A stretch of DNA of 64,000 nt from an uncultured Planctomycetaceae bacterium. GTDB taxonomy: Bacteria > Planctomycetota > Planctomycetia > Planctomycetales > Planctomycetaceae. The position numbers and the translations under genes were made by a program. The notes under the pieces are model-generated. The model saw nothing but the letters and a program-made list of their open reading frames with translations. It was not told the origin of the DNA and searched no databases. Positions within the stretch are counted from its first letter, which is position 1; every line of letters starts with the position of its first letter. Positions 38,120 through 46,977 of this stretch are shown here, piece by piece. The DNA lies in the NCBI GenBank assembly GCA_964427725.1, contig CAYRVS010000007.1, positions 7,255 to 71,254 on the forward strand, written 5' to 3'.

Positions 38120-40855
38120 TCAGCCCTCCAAGTCCACCAGGAACCGCTCCGCGATCCGACTCAGGTACCCGTCCCCCGCGCGTAAGGCCGCGAAGGTCAG
38201 CGACCCGAGCCCGCGATTCCAATGGGCGTGCTCCCACAAGTGATGGCAGATCGCCTCCGGGAAATCGGCATCCGGTCGATTCATCAACAGGTCGTACCCT
38301 TCCTGGTTCCAGGACGGCGAGTAACACGCCTCGCGGGGGAGGGTGTGGACCAGCTCCGGATGTTGCGTGGCGAGTTCGCCGTTCCGCGCGACCGAGATTT
38401 CGCCCCACATCCCCGGCTGAAAGTCGCGCTGGGCCTCCAGCATCTTCGCGACGAACTCCGAGCGGGGTTCCGCCAGGATGATCGCGTTGCAGAGCTGCTT
38501 GCGCTCCGCATCCTCCCACCCCATCACGCATCCATGCCGGCGCAGATCACCGAACGGCCGGAGGCACAGCGTATCGAGGTCGAGATAGATTCCGCCGTGT
38601 TCGTACAAGATCCGCAACCGCGCCACGTCCGCGCGATGGGCGTAGTGCTCGCGCGCGACATCGTGATAGGTGGCGAAATCCTCGATGCTCCGACACTCGA
38701 CCAACTCCCGCGCCAGGTCCCACCATGGTCCAGTCGGCTCATGATGGATCCAGACGGTCACCCGCTCCGGACGGTTCACCATGACCGCCGAGCGGATCGC
38801 CAGGTAATGCATCAGCCCGAACGGCCTGCCGCCGAAATCGGGCCGCAGTCCGAACACGAAGTGCAGGTGGTTGGGGACGCGGTCACGCGGTTTGGTGGCG
38901 ACGACCCGCAGATTGCGAATGGGGACGCCCTGGTAGCGCGCGCAGTCCTCCGGCAGGAATTCATCGATCATGTCGAACGACCACGCCCCGCCGTCCGTCA
39001 CCTGCGTCTCGAACCCCACGGCCGCGAAGTCCCGCGCCAACTCCTCGCCCGACCACATGTTGCAATGCGCGTGATACGGATTGAGCCGCAATCGATCGGC
39101 CGGCGTGAACAGCACCGTCCGCATCGCCCGAAACGACAGCTCGTCTCCCACCCATTGCCGGATCGCCGCGGCGGCGTCACTTTGCACCACGCAGACCCGG
39201 CCCCCTGGCGCGAGCTTGCGGTACAGCCCCCGCAGAAATTCGCCGTATTTCAGCGGCGACACATGCTCGAGCGTATGCGTCAAATGAAACTCGCGGACCG
39301 ACCGATCCTCCGCGACGAAGTCCTCGAGTCGCGTGATGTCCGCGAGGACATCGGCGGGCGCGGCCAAATTGACGGTCGTGCAACGGTCCCCGCCATGTCC
39401 GACACCTCCCAGGTCATACACCGGTCCCGTGACCGGTCCGTCGTGGAGACGACCCGGGACGATGTACTCCGTCCCCACGCCGATGAGCGCGACGATCTCC
39501 GTTTTCCAACAGAGTTTCCGTTGGGGATTGCGGGCCAGCGTCTCGGCGATGAACTGGTAATCCCCGCCATACACCGGCCGCCAACGACCAAAGTCGAGCG
39601 CCCGCGGATGGACGAACATCGGCGTGCCCACGGTGTTCGGCATCAGCCGCGGCTCGGTCCATAACCGCCGCCCGTCGGCGTATTGCATCCGGAAGACGAA
39701 GCACGCCCCCGGATCGGCGAGGATCGCGCGACGGACCGCCGCGAGCGCTCCCGGCGCGAGCCGATCGTCGTCGTCGAGATGCATGACGTACGGGCAGCGC
39801 GCCAAGGGCAACGCATGGTTGCGGGGAGTATGTCCCCAATCCCCATGCGGTCCCCCCGGCACTTCGATCAGCCGCCCCGGCAGCGCGAATCGCTCCCAGA
39901 GAGACCGCGTCAGCTCAACGACCGGTCCATCCGACAGCAGCAGCACCTCGTCCCCGGTCGCCAGTTGTTCCTTGACGCTCCGCAACGTCGCCTCGAGCGA
40001 ATCCCGGCCGATCGTGGGAATGAGGAGACTGAGGTTCGTCGCGCGGTTGCCGATCAGGTCCGCCCGCGATTCGTCGTCGACAACCGCCGCCGACTTCGAG
40101 GGTTGTGAGACTTGTTGGGCGGCCTCGGCCCGGACCAGCCGAGTCGCCACGCGGGTCAGATGCCGCGTCGGGCGATCCAGTTCCGCGACGAGCGCCTGCC
40201 GCGGCGCGTCGTCCCCCCACTCCCCACACTTCGCGTACCAGCCTTCGTCGCCCGCCCCCTGCATTGCATGCTGGGCGTGATACTGATTCGTCGTCCCCCA
40301 ACGATAAATGTACGACGGCGGGTGGCTGTCACACGGATCGCAACTCACCCCCAGCTCCGCCAATCGTCCCATCAGTTGTTGATCAAAATCGGCCCGCTGC
40401 GTCAGCGGCCAACCTCCCACCTGTTCATAAGCCCGTCGGGAAAAGGCGATCGAGCCGTGAAATCGTCCGGCCGTCGTTTCTTCCTGAATGCCGTGTCCGG
40501 TGTGACTCCACAACCGCGAGGGCTTCGAATACTCCCCTCGCGCAAGCGCCGCCGCATGGGCCGACAAATGCCAAGGGAGGTAGATGTCGTCGTCTTCCCA
40601 GATGACGAGGTGCGTTCCCTGCGCCAATCCCGCCAGCGCGTGATACTTCTCCGCCAGACTGCGAAACCGCGTCCGCAGACCGACCAGCTTCCAACCCGGT
40701 CCCTCACACGCCGGAAATTGATCGGCGTCATCCAGGATGATCAACTCGCGCCGGTCGGCGGGATAGTCCTGCGCCAGATAGCAGGCCAGCGCGTTCGCGA
40801 GCAGCTTCGGCCGACGATACGTGGGGCACAAACACGACAAAAAGGGAAGGGTCAT
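38120..40855 (-). CDS. Four-domain glycosyltransferase fusion: GT2-like, GT2-like, class I methyltransferase-like, GT32 (DXD sugar-binding type)
   Basis: 911 aa. Module 1: SCLCPTYRRPKLL...ILDDAD...WEDDD. Module 2: SLLIPTIGRDSL...HLDDDD. Module 3: LTHTLEHV...YRKLAPGGRVCV. Module 4: ADVARLRILYEHGGIYLDLD. Confidence 0.8.
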   Translation of the reverse strand: MTLPFLSCLCPTYRRPKLLANALACYLAQDYPADRRELIILDDADQFPACEGPGWKLVGLRTRFRSLAEKYHALAGLAQGTHLVIWEDDDIYLPWHLSAHAAALARGEYSKPSRLWSHTGHGIQEETTAGRFHGSIAFSRRAYEQVGGWPLTQRADFDQQLMGRLAELGVSCDPCDSHPPSYIYRWGTTNQYHAQHAMQGAGDEGWYAKCGEWGDDAPRQALVAELDRPTRHLTRVATRLVRAEAAQQVSQPSKSAAVVDDESRADLIGNRATNLSLLIPTIGRDSLEATLRSVKEQLATGDEVLLLSDGPVVELTRSLWERFALPGRLIEVPGGPHGDWGHTPRNHALPLARCPYVMHLDDDDRLAPGALAAVRRAILADPGACFVFRMQYADGRRLWTEPRLMPNTVGTPMFVHPRALDFGRWRPVYGGDYQFIAETLARNPQRKLCWKTEIVALIGVGTEYIVPGRLHDGPVTGPVYDLGGVGHGGDRCTTVNLAAPADVLADITRLEDFVAEDRSVREFHLTHTLEHVSPLKYGEFLRGLYRKLAPGGRVCVVQSDAAAAIRQWVGDELSFRAMRTVLFTPADRLRLNPYHAHCNMWSGEELARDFAAVGFETQVTDGGAWSFDMIDEFLPEDCARYQGVPIRNLRVVATKPRDRVPNHLHFVFGLRPDFGGRPFGLMHYLAIRSAVMVNRPERVTVWIHHEPTGPWWDLARELVECRSIEDFATYHDVAREHYAHRADVARLRILYEHGGIYLDLDTLCLRPFGDLRRHGCVMGWEDAERKQLCNAIILAEPRSEFVAKMLEAQRDFQPGMWGEISVARNGELATQHPELVHTLPREACYSPSWNQEGYDLLMNRPDADFPEAICHHLWEHAHWNRGLGSLTFAALRAGDGYLSRIAERFLVDLEG

Positions 40856-40861
40856 CGCGGC

Positions 40862-41875
40862 CTACCATCGTTCCAACCAGGTGAAAAATTCCGACCATCC
40901 TCGCCGCGCCTGTTCCAGCCCCCAATGGTCCTCCAACCACTGCCGCGCCTGAATGGTCATCATCCGGCGTTCGGTGCGCTCGAAGGCGGCGCGCGAGGCG
41001 TAGTAGACGAATTCACGCGGATCCTTGCACAGAAACCCCGTCTGACCGTGCACGACCTCTTCGCGCCATCCCCCGCGATCATCGACGATGAGCAGGCAGC
41101 CGCTCGCCATCGCCTCGAACCCCACCCGCGGCAGGTTTTCGTACGTCTCGCTCATCTGGATGACGCAGTGGGCCCCGCGGTAGACCTGCTGGACGGGCAG
41201 CCCCCCCGCCGGGTACGCCGTGATCCAGTTCGGTTCCCGGCCGATCTTCTCGCGGATGTGGTCGTTCACCCCCAGCATGATCCCCTCCTTCAGGACCGGG
41301 GCGACCATCGTCTCGTAGACCCATAACTGCGCGGGGTGATACTTGCCGGGATCCTCCCGCGAGACCCGCGCGAACCGGAAGCGATCTTCCGGCCGATCCG
41401 CATGAAACGGAAAGTCGTCGACATGAAAATAAGGCCGCACCTTGAACCAGCGAAAGTCGGGATTCAGCGCGATCAGTTCACCTTGCACCCGTTCGCGCGC
41501 GTGATCGGTCTGGTACAGAAACGCATCGATCAGCCCGCGGCGGTGGAGCTCCTTTTCCTGGTCGAACAGCCAGGTCATGCAGTTCACGAACGTGGCGGTT
41601 TTCGCGAACCGTTTGATTGTCTCCAAGTGCTTGAGAAACTCGCCGTTGCAATACGAGAGGACATGCATCCCGCGGCACGCCGCCCAATCACCCGGCGGGT
41701 GGACGACGCAGCCCCGGTCCTCCATCCGCATCGCCCGCAGGTGCTCATCGAGGGGCCCGGTGGGAATCAGATGGACCCGCAGCCCGAGCGCCTGCCAGAC
41801 CCGAATCTGATGATCGAGCTCCGTATCGGCCCCGCCGACCCGCGAAGGATACCCGATGATGCATAACTCCCGCAT
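40862..41875 (-). CDS. GT-B fold glycosyltransferase (GT4-like)
   Basis: 337 aa. The C-terminal ENLPRVGFEAMASGCLLIVDDRGGWREEVVHGQTGFL is the GT4 E-x7-E-type nucleotide-sugar-binding block. Its stop lies 6 nt before the start of the multi-domain GT. Confidence 0.75.
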   Translation of the reverse strand: MRELCIIGYPSRVGGADTELDHQIRVWQALGLRVHLIPTGPLDEHLRAMRMEDRGCVVHPPGDWAACRGMHVLSYCNGEFLKHLETIKRFAKTATFVNCMTWLFDQEKELHRRGLIDAFLYQTDHARERVQGELIALNPDFRWFKVRPYFHVDDFPFHADRPEDRFRFARVSREDPGKYHPAQLWVYETMVAPVLKEGIMLGVNDHIREKIGREPNWITAYPAGGLPVQQVYRGAHCVIQMSETYENLPRVGFEAMASGCLLIVDDRGGWREEVVHGQTGFLCKDPREFVYYASRAAFERTERRMMTIQARQWLEDHWGLEQARRGWSEFFTWLERW

Positions 41876-42007
41876 GCCGATTCAAGCTCCATGGGGTTTG
41901 GGCGAACATGGCGGACGGTGCGGGCGACAGGCCTGCCAACCCACGGCAACGCGGGGGAAGTGACGCGATGATGGTTCTGCCTCGAATGGCGGAACCGGCG
42001 ACATGTC

Positions 42008-43021
42008 TCAGTCCGCGCTTTCGTCGGGTTCCTCAGACTTCAGGAAATGATGATTGATGAGCGCGCCCACGAGAGCGGTCCATGCTCGACGTCGTTCGGC
42101 ATTCCGTGCCTCGCGCGCCGTGAGAATCACCTCCGGGCGCGGGACATCCATGACGTCCTCCTGGAACCAAGTTTCCGATTCCATGTGATAGCGCCACTTC
42201 CATAATTTGACGGTCCGCTGTTCGTTATTCCAGTCATGGGTGGAATGGGCTTGAATCCATAATGTCGAGCCCGCCTCGTCATCTTTGATCTCGGTGGTCA
42301 TGAAGGTCACCAGCTTCATGGGATTGTCACCGCCGAAACCGGATATCCAGCCGTTGAAATTAGGGTTGGCGCCGTTGAAACCCAAGGCGTGGGTGCCGAT
42401 GACCGGGTTGGTCTCCGCCGGCCTTGCGGTGGCGGCATCGGTCAAGAAGGCGGCCCGTGTGCGGGTCGTGTCTGCCCGCGGATCGATCTGGTAGAGCCAC
42501 CGGCGAATCTTTTCACCTCCTTGAATCAAGGTGATCCAGTACCGCTTCCGCTTGGAATCGTAAGCGATACTGGCTCGCAGTTGAGTGTAAGTCTCAAACT
42601 CGCTGGTGAGAAACTTGTATCCTAACACGGTGGCCTCCTCGAAAGGCCTGTGATGATCTCCCTTGAGAAACCACAGCAGGCAACTGCCGGGATTCCGATT
42701 CGTGGTCGGATCATGTTCATCGCGACGAACCAGGACGGGTTCTTGCACGACCAGGATCGAGCGCCCGGCATCCCCGGTTTCCGGCGGACATGGACACTCC
42801 GCGAGGGTCAGGGCGTACTCCGGCAACAGCTTGCTGATCAGAGATTGCAAAGGGGCTTGAGAAGGCGGCCGAACAGGCGTCTTGCGGTTCGCCTCTTGCC
42901 GCGATTCGGTCTGTTGGGACGAGGTGGTGACCCCAATGATCAGCGCCGCGATGACGATCACGGCCAGCAGCGGCAGATGCAGGCGATCAGTTGGCATAGG
43001 CCGCCCCTTTGGGAGGATCAT
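42008..43021 (-). CDS. Hypothetical membrane-anchored protein (orphan)
   Basis: 337 aa (alternative ATG at 42997). It has one N-terminal TM segment (LPLLAVIVIAALIIGV). The GC content is clearly lower than in the flanks. I recognise no family. Confidence 0.5.
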   Translation of the reverse strand: MILPKGRPMPTDRLHLPLLAVIVIAALIIGVTTSSQQTESRQEANRKTPVRPPSQAPLQSLISKLLPEYALTLAECPCPPETGDAGRSILVVQEPVLVRRDEHDPTTNRNPGSCLLWFLKGDHHRPFEEATVLGYKFLTSEFETYTQLRASIAYDSKRKRYWITLIQGGEKIRRWLYQIDPRADTTRTRAAFLTDAATARPAETNPVIGTHALGFNGANPNFNGWISGFGGDNPMKLVTFMTTEIKDDEAGSTLWIQAHSTHDWNNEQRTVKLWKWRYHMESETWFQEDVMDVPRPEVILTAREARNAERRRAWTALVGALINHHFLKSEEPDESAD

Positions 43022-43144
43022 CTCGCGCGAACAACAGTTACGGATACGAAACCTCGCCCATGACGACGAACATCAGTTCGGACCCCAACGCCGGATCGTT
43101 GCTTTTGGGTTTCAAATAGGTTCCCGTATCGATGGTCTTAGTCA

Positions 43145-43236
<92 letters not shown>

Positions 43237-43312
43237 TTGCTACTTGCTGCCCCAGTGACTCAACAGTCGGACTTTCAGGTCGCCGTGACCGTGGAGATAG
43301 ACATCCGGCTCA
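43237..43312 (-). pseudogene. 3'-terminal remnant of a DUF1080-like gene (paralogue of 48514..50259)
   Basis: About 70 nt here match 48563-48631 with two mismatches. That region encodes ...PDVYLHGHGDLKIRLLGHWGSK in the intact gene. No ORF continues on either side, and the remnant abuts repeat copy A. Confidence 0.65.
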
Positions 43313-43377
43313 GTTGTGTGAATTCTGACATTCCCATGGGCCGATCGAAGTCCGTCTGACCGATCGAAGAGCGTCGC

Positions 43378-44973
43378 TCATAACGCGATCCGCATTCGTT
43401 CATCCAGGAAGTCGTACTGCATGAAATGGAAATCATCCATGAGCTCCGCGCGAATCAGAATCTCCCGGATAATGTCCTTGCTGAGCAGCGGCAGACGCCG
43501 GAATAGCGACCGCACTTTCTCGTCCTGTTGCTGGTAACTGAGTCCAATCATGTTTAATCGTCGTAACGAAGGGAAGGCAAGCACTTGAAGATCGACATCG
43601 GTCAGATCAACAGTTCGCAAGTCGAGACCTTCCAACTCCCGGAGGCGCGTCAACTGCCCCAAACCCGCTTGGGTGATCACTGGTGGGCCGTGGTAGGGAT
43701 TCTCCTCGCCCAGACAGAGCACGCGCAGGTTTCGCTGGAACGGTTCATGCTCCGTCAGTCTCGCAAGTCCGACATCCGTCACTCGGTTACGTCTCAAGTT
43801 CAATTCGGTCAGACTCGGAAAACGCATCAGGCACTCGAGTCCCTCGTCGCTTATGGAATTCCCCGCCAGCGAGAGTGAGCGGAGCTGCGGCAACGGAGGG
43901 AGGCTGGCGAGGATTCCGTCGCTGAAGCTGGGTGAGTCTGAATTGGCAATCAGGCGTACATGATCCAGATTCAGGAATTCCAGCGACGGCCATCGCGCCA
44001 GCTCGTGCAACGACAGGTCAGGATCCGCATGGCCGATCCGCAGGTAGCGAAGTCGGGGTAACGAGGCCAAGTGCGCCAGCCCAGGTCCGCGGAGCTTCGG
44101 AGAGTTCAGGATCAGGGTCTCCAAGCCATTCAGTCTTGATAGCCAAAGCAGCCCGGCGTCATCGAAATCCCCGGTCAGCGACAGTCGCTCCAAGCGACTC
44201 AGCGCGCCTATGGAGCGCAAGGCGTCGTTGGTGAAGAAACCACTCAGCGTCAATGAGCGAAGGTCCGATGCGGCGGCGACGTTGTCCATTCCCTCGTCGG
44301 TCAGTCCGTCGCCGACCAACATCAGCTCGCGTAGCTGCGGCATATCGCGGACCGCCGCCAGTCCTGCAGCGGAAAAGGGGGCTGCTCGGTCCGGCCAGTA
44401 TCGGTTCGGAGCGCCCCAGCCGAAGTCACGATGCAACATTGACGCCAATCGCAGGATTTTCAGACTCGTGAACGACTTGAGACAGTGAAGATCCTCGTTG
44501 GTGATTTCACAGGCCGCCGTGGAGGAAAATGACTCCAGATCGGATAAACCGCGGACGTGAACCATGTCGGACGAACAGAAGAAACACTCTCCGTCGATTG
44601 TGCGGATGTCTGTGACCTCGGGGAACCGCGGGCTATTCCGGGATTCACCGACGAATAAACTCCATCCCCCACCTTTCTCCGGGGGCAAGGGTTCGAGGGT
44701 ATAGTTCACCGGACAATTCCGGTTCATGCGTTCGTCGCGAGCCGTCATAGCCGGGGAATCGATGCTTTCAGGGACTTTTCCGCCGGAAGCCGACACCGCG
44801 TGCATCGAGTCGACGCGCCTTACTCGAAGCCGCGCTTCTTGATCGCCGTGATCCCTTTCGATCAGCCACGCGCATGCCAGCCAAGTTACGACTAGGCAGC
44901 ACGTCAACAGCCCCAGCGTCGGCGCCGGGGATCGTGGTTTCGCTCCGAAACCCATGTTGTTTCCGTTCATCAT
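43378..44973 (-). CDS. Leucine-rich repeat (RNI-like) protein with an N-terminal membrane anchor/signal (LRR1)
   Basis: The start is set at ATG 44973 (MMNGNNMGFG...LLTCCLVVTWLACAWL), which overlaps the upstream TGA as ATGA. There are more than 12 repeats of the L..L.L....(I/V)(T/S)D.GL..L type. Confidence 0.75.
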   Translation of the reverse strand: MMNGNNMGFGAKPRSPAPTLGLLTCCLVVTWLACAWLIERDHGDQEARLRVRRVDSMHAVSASGGKVPESIDSPAMTARDERMNRNCPVNYTLEPLPPEKGGGWSLFVGESRNSPRFPEVTDIRTIDGECFFCSSDMVHVRGLSDLESFSSTAACEITNEDLHCLKSFTSLKILRLASMLHRDFGWGAPNRYWPDRAAPFSAAGLAAVRDMPQLRELMLVGDGLTDEGMDNVAAASDLRSLTLSGFFTNDALRSIGALSRLERLSLTGDFDDAGLLWLSRLNGLETLILNSPKLRGPGLAHLASLPRLRYLRIGHADPDLSLHELARWPSLEFLNLDHVRLIANSDSPSFSDGILASLPPLPQLRSLSLAGNSISDEGLECLMRFPSLTELNLRRNRVTDVGLARLTEHEPFQRNLRVLCLGEENPYHGPPVITQAGLGQLTRLRELEGLDLRTVDLTDVDLQVLAFPSLRRLNMIGLSYQQQDEKVRSLFRRLPLLSKDIIREILIRAELMDDFHFMQYDFLDERMRIAL

Positions 44974-46465
44974 GTTCTGGCAAGACAGCCGGATACGGTG
45001 TCGCGCTGCCAACCTCGGTCGAAAGACGTACCCGCGCCGGGGAGCCAAGTGGGGTTGATTTGGACCGCGCGGAATTGGACTGGCGTGTCGTGTTCTTGCA
45101 GCAGGATGATCCCGCTGGCCTTGCAGTAGTTTTTCGGATCGTCCGGTTCGTCATAGACCGAATCGCAGATCAGCCGGGCCTGTTCATCGAATCCCGACCA
45201 TCCCCTCGGGGCGAGACCGATGCGGTGATGCACTTGGATGTCGTTGATGATCACCGAAATCGTTGAGCACTTAATTTGTATATAGTTCCCGGAGTCCGGA
45301 TCAAGTTTATACCGGGCGGCCATGAATCCAATCTCCAAACGATTCCACTCGCCGTCCGGCTGATAGCTCGCGCCGGGGGAGTTGGCCGATGGTTTCAATT
45401 CCGGGTAAAGAATCGGGCCGCGCGTATGATAGATTGCACCGCAGACGTCACCCGTCGTTAAAGCGGCGGTTTGTCCAGCGCACATCAGCACCACACTCGG
45501 GTCGGCGGCGGCGGCCATGCCATAACTATCCATAATCTGCACTTCGTATCCCTTGGCCCCCAAAATCTTCACGCCGCTATTCCCCCAATTCTGGGCGGAT
45601 AGCAGCTTGTTCGTGCAGCTGGTAAAGATTGAGCGCATGTCCGGACACCGAAATTCCAGCGCGAGGTGAAAATCCGAATAGCAACATTTCGTTCCGATCG
45701 AATTCAAGTTGCGTCCGGTCGTTGATGGGTTTGTAGGATCCCCGGAAGTCGGGTTGACCTGCCATACCCCCGCAGAGACTTCCGGCCAATTCATGTCAGG
45801 GCTTGGATTACCCGGACGTAGGGGAAGATTCCAATAGCCAGGGTTCATCAGACTCCGGATCTGATTGCACCCCATGCTGATTTCTTGCCTGCCGTCACCA
45901 GCAGGGCAGTTGCAGCCAGAACCGCTGGAACTGCTGCTGGAGCTCGTCGGGGACGAGGAACTCGAAGGCTGTCCCGAGCTGCTGCTCGAGGGACCGCCGG
46001 AGCTGCTGGATGACGACGAGGAAGAGGACGACGACGAAGAGGCCGAACTGCTGCTGGAAGATGACGAGGCGGGCCCCGACGACGAACTGCTCGACGAACT
46101 CGTACTGCCGCTGGAGGAGGACGAACTCGCGCTCGACGACGAGCTGGAACTGGAGGCGCTTGACGAACTCGAGGACTGGCTGCTGCTCGAGGAACTGGGC
46201 CCCGACGAACTGCTGCTGGACGAACTGGGCCCGGAGGAACTGCTGCTGGACGAGAGCCCGCCCGAGGAGGACGAACCGCCGCTCGAGCTCGAGCCGGTGC
46301 TCGACGAAGGGCCGCCGGAACTGCTGGACCCGCCGGAACTGTTTGACGAGGACCAGCCCGACGACGAGGACCCCCGGAGCCGCTACTGGAGGAACTCCAG
46401 GGTATCGAGGAGGACGAGGAACTGGAGCCGGGGCTCGAGGACCACCACGACGAACTGCCGCTCAT
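44970..46465 (-). pseudogene. Poly-Ser / DUF1080-like protein gene, copy P1, interrupted by a 1-nt frameshift
   Basis: ATG 46465 opens MSGSSSWWSSSPGSSSSSSSIPWSSSSSGSGG. At the G5 run (plus-strand C5, 46371-46375) the frame slips into an Arg/Pro frame. I translated the Ser frame by hand; it stays open and runs in frame into ORF 44970..45875. That ORF carries the DUF1080-like motifs NSGVKILG..YEVQIMD and ILLQEHDTPVQFRAVQI. Confidence 0.6.
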
Positions 46466-46619
46466 CCCAACATCTCCAGGCGATCACTCATCGGCCCAAA
46501 AACAAACCTTGGCGGCCGCGACATCCGGCGCGCATCCTTCCCGAATGACGCCCCCCGCTCCGTCGCGGACTCACGTGGCGCCGCTGAACGACGACACTCA
46601 TTACGCACCACATGAATTG

Positions 46620-46654
46620 AGCATGCCGCGTGAACATCAGACCCGCAAGACCAA
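46620..46654 (-). promoter_or_regulatory. Conserved 35-nt element upstream of P1 (identical copy upstream of P2)
   Basis: The minus-strand sequence TTGGTCTTGCGGGTCTGATGTTCACGCGGCATGCT lies 155 nt upstream of the P1 ATG. The same 35 nt lie 139 nt upstream of the P2 ATG, while the surrounding sequence is not conserved. Confidence 0.35.
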
Positions 46655-46721
46655 GCTTGGCGAACGGCGCGCCGCACGCGGGTGGTCCCGGTGACCCATG
46701 ATCGGCGACCGGGGTCGCGTC

Positions 46722-46817
46722 AGTCTCGTAGGCAGTCTCGTAGGCTGGGTTAGCCGCAGGCGTAACCCGGCGATCGTCGGTTAGCTTGCTGGGTTACGCC
46801 TCGCTAACCCAGCCTAC
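46722..46817. repeat. ~95-bp nested-hairpin repeat, copy B
   Basis: It has the same sequence and orientation as 43145-43236, with one core mismatch and an extra AGTC in the leader. Confidence 0.85.
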
Positions 46818-46889
46818 ATGCTGATGATCCAATACCGTATCGGCCCCCCCGACCCGCGACGGATACCCGATGACGCATAGCTCCCGCAT
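46818..46889 (-). pseudogene. 24-codon 5' remnant of a GT4 glycosyltransferase gene
   Basis: Minus-strand translation from ATG 46889 gives MRELCVIGYPSRVGGADTVLDHQH. The intact GT4 at 41875 starts MRELCIIGYPSRVGGADTELDHQI. The homology stops exactly at repeat copy B. Confidence 0.7.
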
Positions 46890-46977
46890 GCCGGTTCGGC
46901 CTGGTGATTTGGGTGAGGGTCGTCGCGTGTCGGCGGTTTCCATGGCTGATGCCGACGTCGAAGGCATGGACCGGGCT

